A stretch of 61,845 nt of DNA, filler included, from Basidiobolus ranarum (taxonomy: Eukaryota), in NCBI GenBank assembly GCA_040143965.1. It is 11 parts of 11 records of this genome, joined end to end, with 100 filler letters (N's around TTAATTAATTAA, not from the genome) between each part and the next. Parts side by side here need not be neighbours in the genome. Positions count along the whole stretch, not along the records: positions 11,284 to 16,821 come from JASJQH010001561.1; positions 16,922 to 22,458 come from JASJQH010001562.1; positions 22,559 to 28,094 come from JASJQH010001563.1; 8 more parts are not named here. One strand, given 5' to 3'. The translations under genes were made by a program, and so were the position numbers. Below are positions 11,184 to 22,988 of the stretch, one piece after another. The notes beneath the pieces are model-generated. The model saw nothing but the letters and a program-made list of their open reading frames with translations. It was not told the DNA's origin and did not search any database. The number at the start of each line of letters is the position of its first letter. Position 1 is the first letter of the stretch.

Positions 11184-14100
11184 NNNNNNNNNNNNNNNNN
11201 NNNNNNNNNNNNNNNNNNNNNNNNNNNTTAATTAATTAANNNNNNNNNNNNNNNNNNNNNNNNNNNNNNNNNNNNNNNNNNNNTTCCTAGAAGAAGTGGA
11301 TCATGTTTGAAACAGAATGTGACTGACAACCTTTAATTCACCTCAGTTTTCACCCGGCTCCTATTATTGTAGAGATAGAGTTTCATACTCATCATACGGA
11401 CAACAACAATAGACCAGTACCTGGAAGTCTGATCACCTGAGTTAACACTGAGCCAATGCATGCCATTCCTACTATAGCATAGAGAAGCATGTAACGGAAC
11501 CCAATGAGTTTAAACAATTGTAATGTATTCAGCACTGAAGATCTTTTAACTTGTAGGTTGACGTAAGGATTTACTGAAAATACTATACTCGTGTACTCTT
11601 AACCCAAGAAAGTATAATTTACTAACCATTTAAACAGACTTATTTACTCAGTATACGTACAAAATATTGTTAGCGTCTCATAAAGCTCTCCCAATCGATG
11701 CTTAATTAATTGACTTGATTCCGGTCTAGTAGATATTAGGATATCCGTTTGGTTTACATATTCTCAACAATCACGTTTCTATTTATTAGAATATCATCAT
11801 TTTGAGCAACGAACACAGATAAGCTACAAGAACTAGCACGACGATAAGCACCGTGAGAGTGTGTTAGTAGAGTCGTACAGGGCCAACCAGAGACTAAAAA
11901 GGGTCAAGATCTATACATATGGATGCTACTGCTTGAATAGTCGAACGGGAAATCTATTACTGTCAGAAAAATAGGAGATTATTGAAACATTTCTGATAAT
12001 TTGAGTTTCATGTCTGAGCCTCAAGATAATGCCATTTTCTGACCCCAAATACAAACATGACCAGGTAGCTAGCTACTCTCTTCGCTTAATATTAATATTG
12101 GCTTTTATTAAACTCTGGAATGGAAATCATGTCAAGAAAGAACTTTTAGTTTAGATTTTGCGTAAAGTACAAAAAGTGTGTATACCCAATATGCAAGGTA
12201 TTTACCAGTAGGAATCTAGTTGAGGAGTCTTGTTGGCGTTAGGGTAAACCTTAAAGTGACAACATGATGGTTAAGACTTTCTAACGGAAATCCTTCCTCG
12301 AGAACTTGATCAAAATTTGGGGATCTTCGCATTACGTCCAAGGCTTCATCCAGTGGGAATTGAAATTCTTTATCCTTGGAGAGATGGGAATTTCGAGATC
12401 TTCGGATCAGTAGACGAAAGTGCTTACGGAGAAGAACCCTCATGGTTATTCTTTTTACACCAATGCTTCCATCGTTGGATTCATTCATTGAAAAGAGCTA
12501 TTTGATCGGATAAATGAAGAAAAACTTTAGCCAGCTGCGTGCGACAGCAAGGCCATTTATACGCCAGCTTCTATCTACCAAGAACAGAAGCGAAGTTCCA
12601 ATTCTGTCCTGAAGTCATTCAAGATATGTTTAAGGAACAGATACAACTAATGCTTCATTGGTCAATATGATGGACCAAGCATGCGCTTAACTATCCGTCG
12701 TCGCTATTTTTCTTGGAACTGAAGGACCGGTTGATCCGAATAGAAGGTACTCCCGGTCAAGCCAGAATGAAGTCTCAGTTGTAACCTACACACAACAAAG
12801 TCTCAGTGGTGAGCAATTCAGATCTGAGCTGTATATTTTAGGTCAGTGCAGCTTAACAAGAAGCCCTACTAGGAGATCATTCGAATAATCCAAAGATCCC
12901 CCTCTCATTGTTATCTACTCCCTCACAGCTTCAATCACAACCACATAACTATTTGCAAAATCCAAAAACAGTACATGGGCATCACGCAGCGTATGGTCTC
13001 CAGGATTTTGGTGAGTTTGCTTGCAATTTAGGGTATGACTTTGTGCAAATCTCATCTACGGATGGAATGAGCGGAATGAGAGATTCGATCTACATTAAAG
13101 GAATTTACGCACTCAAATGCAGCTCAGGTTCTACTTTTAGCAATTCAATGACTTGAGCTTCTGAAGAGCTGCAGCATGAGTGATAGAATCCGATAAATGA
13201 GAAAATGGAATTCTGCTTAATTGATCTGTTCACAATCGGTTTAATACCGTTGCTAAGATCCAACGCAACTGATTCAATAAATCCCCTCAGTTCGTTTCAT
13301 CAGACCCGGGGATCAGACATTGGATCAATTGCACTACATGTATGGGTTTTTAATTCGATGTATAGTAAGTTCAATGCAGAGCAGAACTGATGCTTAAACC
13401 AGTGAAGCAGGTAAGGCTTAGCTTTCAGATTCAGACTATTCAACGACCAGTGCATATCACATTTAGCCAAGCCTTTCACGATCAACAGAGAACATGGTCA
13501 GGTTTGTTGTACTCACAGCGGTCTTCATGTGTGGTTTCGAAAACGACACCAGGATGAATCAAGCGTTTCATATTGTAATGGTGACGACTTTTATATCCAG
13601 AATACTCAAACCACAAACCGCTGGTTAGGGGGTACTTTCTAGGTCTGATAGATCCTCCGTAGGTCCTTGAAGACCCATTGATAAGTTGTAACATATCCCG
13701 ACTCATTATGGCCACCGGCAGCTGAGCGTCATAGATCTATACTCTCCTAGCCAAGACTCTTTGCGGTGGATTTTACTATGATGGAAAGATGATCTCATAC
13801 TGTCACACTCTAAGGAGCAACCAAATTGGTCCCTAAAATCCGGACTGAAGTGACTTTGGTAACTGAGCAGAGGCTTGGCCAAATACTGCTGATGACATCG
13901 ACATTACTCTGGCAAGAGGGATCATCCAACAGGATTCTGTCTATTTCTCCCAATCCGACCGAGGATGATACTCTTCACAAGTGTGAGTTTCATATGGTTC
14001 ACACGCACAACCCAAGTACAATGGTGAAAACCCCGGACAACTTGATGTGGGAGGCCAAGATATAATGAAGCAATAAAACGTAGGTGAAGACCTGTAGCTG

Positions 14101-14727
14101 TAGGGAGAGTAGGCGAACTAAAGGCTTAGAGTTAGATGTTTTCATAACTATATCATGACAGAATTCAATGGCTTGCAACAACTATAGTATACCTCCATGA
14201 GGGATTATAGTTGCATATCTTTTTACTAGGGTAACCACCCAAGCTCACGATTCTAGGTCCCGATCAAATGTTTACTCACAAGGTTCAAAATATAATTAAT
14301 CAAGACAAATTCTGACGCTAACCTGATGATATTTGAATTACGTTATCACCCAGCAGACCTTCCGCACCACAAAGAAACTGGTCTGTTTTGTCATGGTGGT
14401 AGATTGTGATGAATTGCTAATACGTGATTTCAAACTTGTTATCGTGAACGACGGTTTTACACAAAACAGAATTATTTGTTGCTATCGGTGTTGTAACACT
14501 GTTTGCAGATAGCTATTCCTGCTTACAGGATAGCAATTAGATATAATTATGTTTAGTGGTATTTCTAATCATCAGGTTGTTGTACTAAATCTGGCTTGTA
14601 TGTAAATCTGGTCATTGGAAATAGATACAAGTTCGATTGTATTTTCTGGAATGAAAGAGTTGATCTCAATTGGCTCATCATTGTTCTATATCCTACGGTC
14701 ATTGGTGCTCCTCTCTATATTAATAGC

Positions 14728-14940
14728 ACTGTCTCACATCACTACGCGCACTCGTTGGAGGTATTTCTATACCAGGTTACTAATTTTAGTGTATAAAATC
14801 TAAATGAATCAGAAACAGCTGTTACGAGCAATACAATCTTGCCTATCTTTGTTTTCGATGAATTTGTAGAGATGAGCTTGTACCATTGGCCTCGAAGGTC
14901 ACACCGAGGAAAAACAGGAACTTACCCAGCCTCATATGTA
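14728..14940 (+). pseudogene. Possible degenerate SH3-domain remnant
   Basis: Fragments TVSHHYAHSLE, IFVFDEF and RGKTGTYPASYV resemble the SH3 consensus (V.H.Y...EDEL / EF.DGW / GKTG.FP.SYV), but no clean splice or frame links them. Confidence 0.3.
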
Positions 14941-15234
14941 TGCTGTTCCCATGCTCTTGAAGTAATTTAAGCGCTAAGCCTTTATTAAGCTAGCTTGTCT
15001 GTGGATTAATTCCTACTTCTAGCCCCTCTTAAAATCGAATTCTTTACGTTTCTTTTAATACTGCATAGCCAAGAGAAGCCTTGCATATCTATATACCAGT
15101 TTTATTATTTTTTAACTCATCTACCACTACAGCCACCTACTCCAACTAGTTAAAACGCAATTTCCCTCTCAACCCTGACCGAATCACTCGAATACTTGAA
15201 CTAATCCTAAGTCAACTTGTTACAAGAGAAAAAT

Positions 15235-16821
15235 ATGAAAGAAACGGAATTCTATCAGCCTAAAGGTAAACTCTCTACAAAAAATTGTAAATTAACCTCT
15301 TCCATAACACTTTAATCCTATAGCCATTACCTACTTGACGTTTGACTGCGCTGAAACTCATGCAACACAATTCGGTGATTGTGGACTAACTAAGGATACC
15401 GTACTTGAACTCAACTACTTTCTGGACGAATTTTTAAGTCAGCTAGTTCGTACAGCCGGATACGAATTAGTAGATATTGATCAGCTATGCACCTCCATCT
15501 CTTTTCAGTTCGCCTTTAATTCTTTAGGTAGCAGATGTGTTGAGGAAGGAAAGAAAGTCATGAAAACCAATAACTCCACCAAACAGACCAATAAATCAGA
15601 TTCTATTCCACTGCGATTACCTGGTCAAGATAAATGGATATTGGAAGTTCTAAGAGGAGTTTGCGCCAATGAATCTCTAGAAATCCCATCTATCGAGAGT
15701 TTCTGTTTGACCGAGTCAGTCAAATCCTTTTTAAAGGCAGTTATTGTGACACTTGGTCAATATATAGTTCATTCCATGGTCCTGATGGCAGGAAAGAGTA
15801 ATGGCGAGATGTTGAGCATAGAGGACCTATTCACAACAATGTGCCAAGATGACCAGCTTAATGGAATGTTTGTCAGAATGAGAATCAAGAAACGCATGGA
15901 GGTATGCTAGCTTATAAAACCATCAAAGGATCAAGAAAGGACTTTCTAATACCTGAATTTTATTTATAACAGGAACAAATTGCGAAGCAAAAACTAAGCT
16001 CAGGTCAGGAAAAGCTGGGTCGACTTCGGTCTTCTTCTGCTCCATCCAAGAGTAAGAGATAATTTTAAAAGCACAATCTAAGAGAACGTTTACTAAATAC
16101 AGCGTTACCTCTCAACACTAAGCAGGATCGAAATTCGAGAAACTTACTACAGACATGTCAGATTCTGCTAAGACAATCGATACCAAAAACAAAGGACTCG
16201 GCAAGATTTTACGAAGCTTACGTGACAACGTCCATATAGTATGTGTCAATTGTATTTACTGCAAGATCTCAAACTAATATTCATTTAGTCCAATCATTCT
16301 TCTGAGCATCAACAGTGTGGTGTCAAATCGGTAGAACCTTTTCAAGAGGTCCCAGCCAAGAACATGAAGCAAACAACACAAGTGAGTTTCGATTTCAATT
16401 GTTTGTCCAATACTCTTTTCTAAACCAACTTTCTTAGCTACGACACCAGAAAATGGTAGATTTCGATCTACTTCTAGATTCTGATCATACAATCAAGCTT
16501 ACTCTTACGCCAGCCCGACTAGAATCCATGGAGGTAAGCAACATCGAAAAGAGATCTGTTTCTACAAGCATTGTCAATTAAAGCTAAGCTTGCACAACTT
16601 TTGGATATTGTAATCTATGAATAGATGTCTCCTCGACGAGCCTCATGCCAAAGCATAAAACCAACTCGTCCAAGTAGCCAGGTAGAAAGCTTGCAGGGTA
16701 GATTACTAGGGGAGGATTACACTTTAGCTGGCTCAAAGAGCGTCACCTTTAACTCTGTCCGTGCATCAAGAGTGTCACCTCCCGGCATAATACGCCGCGA
16801 AACGCAGCACGTTGGTCGTAG
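15235..16821 (+). CDS. Multi-exon protein with N-terminal histone-fold-like domain(s) and a Ser/Arg-rich tail; 3' truncated by the contig end
   Basis: Exon 1 15235-15265, exon 2 15324-15901 and exon 3 from 15973, joined by GT-AG introns in frame. VKSFLKAVIVTLGQYIVHSM...EDLFTTMCQDDQLNGMF resembles H2A-type fold helices (YLAAVLEYL...HLQLAIRNDEELNKLL). Confidence 0.65.
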
Positions 16822-19368
16822 NNNNNNNNNNNNNNNNNNNNNNNNNNNNNNNNNNNNNNNNNNNNTTAATTAATTAANNNNNNNNNNNNNNNNNNNNNNN
16901 NNNNNNNNNNNNNNNNNNNNNCATATAGACCCTGTATATGTTGAAATCCGGCTGTTGTTTTACCAATCAATTACTTGCTATTCTTCCCCTTCCCCCCCCC
17001 CCTTCCCATTTGGTTCCTTTGAGTCAGTCACGATATTCAGACTGAAATTTCGGGAAATAAACATTTTGCTTATTCTATGTTACCAAGATATTCGCAGCTA
17101 AAAGAACCATCCACCGAAGCATCCTGGTAAACCTATTACGGTATATTTTTGGAAGTGGGACCCGATAAGCCCCAACTAACAGGTAAACGAGCATCATATC
17201 TACGTAGCTCGGCTTACATCACACAGAAACGGATCGAGAATACTACTTACTAGACTTTGTTGGGTCTGCTGTATATAGTATATCAGTATCTCTAGTTGTA
17301 TCCGTCTGCTTAAAGGGCCAACTCGTGGCCTCAACCAGCAATTCCTGCCTCAACAGAAAATATTATTTACACAACAGGTTTGATCCGGATAGTTGGTAGC
17401 TGATTAGAAATCATAGACCGTTTAGATCAGAGTCCACCATACTCCAGCATCCCTAGTGCTAATCAGGCATGGATTAGGATGTTGAAGCCTTGATACATGT
17501 CGTAAGAGTAATGTTGCACGGCATGTCGATTCATTAATTAATTGGGCATTGTTAAACCAAAATCTTCATCGCCCTCATGATAACTTAACGTGGAAGGAAT
17601 GGTGCTAACCCTAAACGTTTGCTCACCCTGTATACCAAGGATCAGATGACTTCCATAGAAAATAACTCGATCAGGAGTCCATTCAATAGCTGCAAATAGG
17701 GCCAATGGTTATAACACCCCAGTGGATGCTATCAATGACGAAAGCTATACCTGGCACCAATGCACCCAAACATACTGCACGCTGATATGAATTTCAAACG
17801 TTATCGTTGCGGAAGCAAAGCAATCTTTCAAGAAGCCTTGCTCTCTTGGTCATTGATGATAGTTTCCCTTCTTTGTACTTAGTGTTAACATGGTGCCTCA
17901 TATTCAGGAATTTATTACCGTAGAAAAGGTATTCCTGGGGTGACGTTGATTTGGTAAGTCAATGTCATCGCAGGTACCACAAAGAAAATCTTTTGTAGGG
18001 GATCTGGATCGAGCAAACAATGATTACCCATTGACATGTCCAATGACTGAGATTACCTGTTGGCTGTGTAGCTCGCGTGTTGGGTTCCAAAGATCAGAAA
18101 ATGTTCATAAAAAAGGTGCCATGAAAATCAATCTGATACGTAGCTGCCTCTCGTTGATGGGCACAGCTCTGGTAAGGCATCGTATTGGCATTGACTGTTC
18201 TGCATGCTTTTAATGATGCACATATGCTCGGGCGTATTAGATTAGTCTGTGTGCTGATATTACCCCAGTGGAAGAGTGCAACATCATTGGTCACCTCATG
18301 CATGCCTTAACTGAGGAAGTTTCAAAGATTATTATGCTTCCAGAGGGAGATCCATGACCATACTGAATATACGTCTATATATCATATTTGGCAGCTCATT
18401 GATACAGTGTTTGTATTACATCTATCGGATCACCATCTCGTTCGTATTGGTTGATATCAGAATCTGGTAGCTCTATACATTTGGGGCTGTCTCGCGTTCC
18501 CTTAAAACTGGTTTGGCCCTAGGAGTTTGTAGATAGGTTAAACCGGAACACATCTGTGGGTTACCACTCATACCTCCTCCATGGATATTTCCAAGTCTTC
18601 CTTCGCATGGTTGTGCACATGCACGCTCTATTGTATCAGTCACATTTGAGGTGATTTGTATGGTCAATCGTCAACTACACACCAATAAGCATCGATTCCT
18701 TAAATGTAATAAAGTCGCTGGAAATCGCGTTACCTACCAGATTACTGTTCTGATCGAATGTTTCGGCTGCTTGCTCACTTTGCTGCTGTGCGCTGTCAAA
18801 TCGAATACTGACAGGTACTGATGGCTGATAAGGATGTTCTTCCATTAATTCTTCCTTTTTGCCGATTCCTCCAAGTCCCATCCTTCAAATGCGTTCATGA
18901 CTGTATCGCATTAACACATGGTATTCTTATTACCATATTCATGGGTTAACTGGTTATCATATCCATCGAACGAGTTATCAATCTACATTGTCGATTCAAC
19001 CTTACACGCATTTAAGCTAAAACTCACATGAACTAAGCTATTGTTTTAATCAGTGTTCGATCAACTTTATTTCTTCCAAAAATACGACCTTTCTCGACTG
19101 ACACAAGTGTGGAATCAATGTTGATATTAATGAAAAGCATGGTTTGCACGAGGTGCTAGCCTAGGTAAGCAACCTCTTACCAGTTTCTTGCGTATTTGTG
19201 GGAATAATAAAAAGTAAACAATAAAAAGCCTGATTGGCATTCATAAAACGTAAATATATCGATATAATGGTTCTTATGATTTGTTATTTATGTAATGTGG
19301 TGACTTGGGGATTGACTAAAATACACATTCATAGTAAAAATGAAAACTATCCTCCATAAAAGAATTTT

Positions 19369-20481
19369 CTATGCGAACATCTTGGAGTATGCTTTCTTCT
19401 GCTTCTCACGTTTGATTTGTTCCCGTTGTTTGGCTAGAGCTAATTCACGTTTGATGGCAGAGTCCTCTGGAGTTAATTCAAATGCTGCAGATAGATCCTT
19501 GATGGCCTCTTCTTCACGATTAAGTGCGACAAGAGCAGAACCACGTCGGTAATACGCCTTGGTTTTATCACTCTTGGAGACAGGATAATCCATGTCTAGT
19601 ACAACACCAGCAGCCTCAGCGGCCTCCTTGTATGCCTTAAGTTTCAAGTTACAGGCAGCTGTATTAAGGTAGCAAGGAATCTTGATGGCAAAGAATTTGT
19701 CACGAAGGTCAGCAGGATCTTCTTCGTCAAATACAGGTTTCTCACTCAAATAACGGATGGCTTTACGATATTTACGAATGGCTTCTGTGTATTCGGCCTT
19801 CTTGAAATAATTGTTACCAATGGTTTTAAGTTCACCAGCAATACGAAGTAGATCGTCGTTTTCCTTGGGCTCTTCATAATCATCAGGGAAATATGGATAT
19901 TTATCTCCATCAACGGGCTCAGGAATACCATCATCCTCACCTTCCTTCAGTTCACCACAATTAGTGATGACGCAAGGAGAAGCAGGCTTATCACCCGAGT
20001 CAGTTGGAGTATACTCAATTGCACGTATAACATCCTTTCCTTTCAAAACTTTACCGAATACTACATGCTTGCCGTCCAAGTGAGGGGTACTTGTAGTAGT
20101 GACAAAGAATTGGGAGCCATTGGTGTTAACACCAGCATTGGCCATGGAGAGAAGGAAAGGTTTCTCATGTTTGTATTCAAAGTTTTCGTCCTCGAATTTA
20201 TCTCCATAAATACTTTCACCACCGGTACCGTTATGATTGGTAAAGTCACCACCTTGGATCATGAAGTTTTTGATAACTCTATGGAAAATAGAACCCTTGA
20301 ACCACAAAGGTTTACCGGTAACTTTACCAACACCTCTTTCTCCAGTACACAAGCAACGGAAATTCTCAGCAGTCTTTGGCACAGCATCAGCGAATAGCTC
20401 AAATACAACACGACCTTCGCGAACACCACCAATCTCGATATCGAAGAATACTCTGGGATTTGACAAGTTTTCGATTTTCAT
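19369..20481 (-). CDS. CPR6: Cyclophilin-40 / peptidyl-prolyl isomerase D (cyclophilin + TPR), Hsp90 co-chaperone
   Basis: Cyclophilin domain ([53 protein letters not shown]) followed by TPR repeats ([17 protein letters not shown]) and the C-terminal KKAYSKMF. Confidence 0.96.
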   Translation of the reverse strand: MKIENLSNPRVFFDIEIGGVREGRVVFELFADAVPKTAENFRCLCTGERGVGKVTGKPLWFKGSIFHRVIKNFMIQGGDFTNHNGTGGESIYGDKFEDENFEYKHEKPFLLSMANAGVNTNGSQFFVTTTSTPHLDGKHVVFGKVLKGKDVIRAIEYTPTDSGDKPASPCVITNCGELKEGEDDGIPEPVDGDKYPYFPDDYEEPKENDDLLRIAGELKTIGNNYFKKAEYTEAIRKYRKAIRYLSEKPVFDEEDPADLRDKFFAIKIPCYLNTAACNLKLKAYKEAAEAAGVVLDMDYPVSKSDKTKAYYRRGSALVALNREEEAIKDLSAAFELTPEDSAIKRELALAKQREQIKREKQKKAYSKMFA

Positions 20482-20657
20482 TTTTCTATGATGTTTATGA
20501 CAAGAAGAAAAGTGGCAAGTAGTCTTGGATTAATTACTTAAAAATAATGATTTTTTTTTTGACAAATAGCGCAACGTCATCACAATTTTATATATGAATG
20601 AAAGCACGGGAAAGGTTCGAATCTCTTCTGTGACATCTAAATTGAATTGCAATAAAA

Positions 20658-20672
20658 GGAACTTTCTGGAAA
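20658..20672. promoter_or_regulatory. Heat shock element upstream of cyclophilin-40
   Basis: gGAActTTCtgGAAa is a perfect nGAAnnTTCnnGAAn about 180 nt upstream of the ATG. TATA-like ATATATAAAA on the minus strand at 20586-20595. Confidence 0.75.
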
Positions 20673-22356
20673 ATTAGAGAAATACAGAGAAATCCTCAGG
20701 AATGAATGCGAATCAATTTACATATTCTCTTCTGTCTCTACCTGAATTGGATCCATTTTTTTCTCAAGTTTCCGTCATCATTCTATGTGATTCTACTACC
20801 ACTCCCATCTTTCCAATGATCAGATTCAGATGCTCATAATAGGAAATACCCACCTTTTTAGCAGATATCTCGCGATAATTTGGGATGTTTATTGTTAGTC
20901 TTTGAGGCAAGAAAAGAGGAAATCAATCAACCACATTGGAGCCAACTAATAGAGATTTGAGAGATACAATCACTCAAGGAGGAAAGGCGAATTCCCATTC
21001 TATTGTGTTCTCCATACACAGATTCATTCCTGAAAATCGTAGTGGAGATAAGTACATTTGATCTGTCTCCTCGAGTTTTCACACTATAGGGTTATTGATT
21101 ATAAACCTAAGAGCATTCACACTATATATCAATTTTACCTAAAATTAGAGCCACTTGCTATTTGAACACAATTCGAGCATGAAATATGTATGGCACCACC
21201 AACTGTGAATGTATTGTTGTTCAACACCTTGTCACTTATAAGCTCTATCTTGAGTTTCTCTTCTGACTAGTATTCCAGATATAAAGTTTATTTCATATTA
21301 TTGAGCCGGACAATACTCAGTATATGGTTTTGGGTAAGGAATATATCCTACATGTGATTCAATTTGACACTATCCAGCACCCTAAGGTTAGATCATTTGC
21401 TTTCTAACAGAAAGATTCTTTCTTTAACACTATAAAGCTCGAGTCACAAATTGTAGCTTCCCCTGAGGTTCCCATACATTTTGAATATACTCGTGAGCCT
21501 TGTGAGAATATGCATCATGTATCCAACATTAATCGTAGGCACATCTACAAAAATACCCACCTGAGCAAAGTTGCAGCCAATGTGCTCCATTTATCAACCG
21601 GGATTGAGAAGGTATTTCTGAATCACAGAAAGTTTTCAGACACAAGAAAGTTCAGAATAATGTGCACTTATACTCAAGCTCATCAATAAGAATCAAGCAG
21701 AGTGGAATGCTACTTATTTATAATAATGGCTTTTGTTAATTATGCCAAAGAGCTGGGGCTTCAAGTCACATCATATTTATAGAAGTCGGACATGATTGGC
21801 TCCCTTGATGATTATAAATTCAACTTTGTTACTATTAATTGAGATTTGACTATCAAGGGCTAGTGTGCCAATTATGGACTACAACGAATGAAAATATTAA
21901 ATTTATTGCAGGATGTTAGGCATAAGGAGTTCAAGTAGCATTTTGGAACATGTTCTCTTCAACTCCAATATTCAAAAATATTTGATACTCCCTCCCTGAT
22001 TGCAACTATCTATCAAAAATGGATATGCACAAGAGATCCTAACTTATTCACTATGGTTGCTTGTTTCCAACTTGATTCAGCTTTATAGTTTACATACTGC
22101 TTATTATTATTGAGTCCCCAAACAACTATCTCTGACATTGTGACGAGGTGCTTAAAGATGTCTGGGCATACTGCAGACCATTATGTCCTGAAGTTTATTG
22201 GCTATTTACTCACAAGTCTTTTATGGATACTTTTTGCTTATTTCCTCTTTAGAGGTGGAAGAAAATATTAAGTATGTTTTCAAGTCAATCAAGTTATTCT
22301 TGACAGATATTTGTCTGACTGGAGAATAAAATTAAACTATAAAAGTGTGCCTACGT

Positions 22357-22458
22357 TGTCACAATAAGGAACTGGACAAGGACTGGGAACAACAACAAGA
22401 GGCTAGAAGGCAGGATAGTAGTTGGGTGCTGACCACAAGACAAGACAAGACAAGACTG
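22357..22458 (+). repeat. CAAGA microsatellite at the contig end, possibly within an LTR start
   Basis: (CAAGA)x4 at ~22436-22455, preceded by TGTCACAA at 22357, which resembles a gypsy LTR 5' end. Confidence 0.4.
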
Positions 22459-22988
22459 NNNNNNNNNNNNNNNNNNNNNNNNNNNNNNNNNNNNNNNNNN
22501 NNTTAATTAATTAANNNNNNNNNNNNNNNNNNNNNNNNNNNNNNNNNNNNNNNNNNNNCGAAAACCCATTATTTTCCAAAAGAAAAATCCATTCAATTCA
22601 ATTCTTTCCAAAGTTTAAAAATAGGAAGGGAAAGGAAATGGGAAAAGGAAAAGGAAACTAAATTTACACGATCATAAATAATATGTTCTGGTAAAGAAAA
22701 AATATGTAAAAATGGATTGAATCCATTGGAAAGATAGTGGCTCGAGTTATGTTGGGTTCAGGAATCAACGGGAAATTTCGGACCTTCATTAAAATATATC
22801 CCAGATTCATGAAGTGATTAAATTGAATATTATAAAGGAATGCTCATATTGATTAGAAGTAGAAAGGAAAGGGGAAAGGTAGAGGAGGAGAGGGGAGGGG
22901 AAGAGAGAAAACGTGAATGGTAATACACCAGGGATCACCACTGAATTCCCTAAACTATAGTGAATGAAAGGTAAGGAATCTATGAAAA

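Noticed and set aside
12216-14181. Series of 60-90 aa ORFs on both strands
   Set aside because: Coding-like in places but broken and unassignable; no gene model can be supported.
18675-18881. GLGGIGK resembling an NB-ARC/NACHT P-loop
   Set aside because: Lacks the following T/S, the preceding hydrophobic strand and any Walker B; the ORF is only 68 aa.
19340-20491. Antisense and alternate-frame ORFs over cyclophilin-40 (likewise over 7091-9505, 28431-30891, 35872-36162, 37532-37807, 56855-57913)
   Set aside because: Shadow ORFs of real genes.
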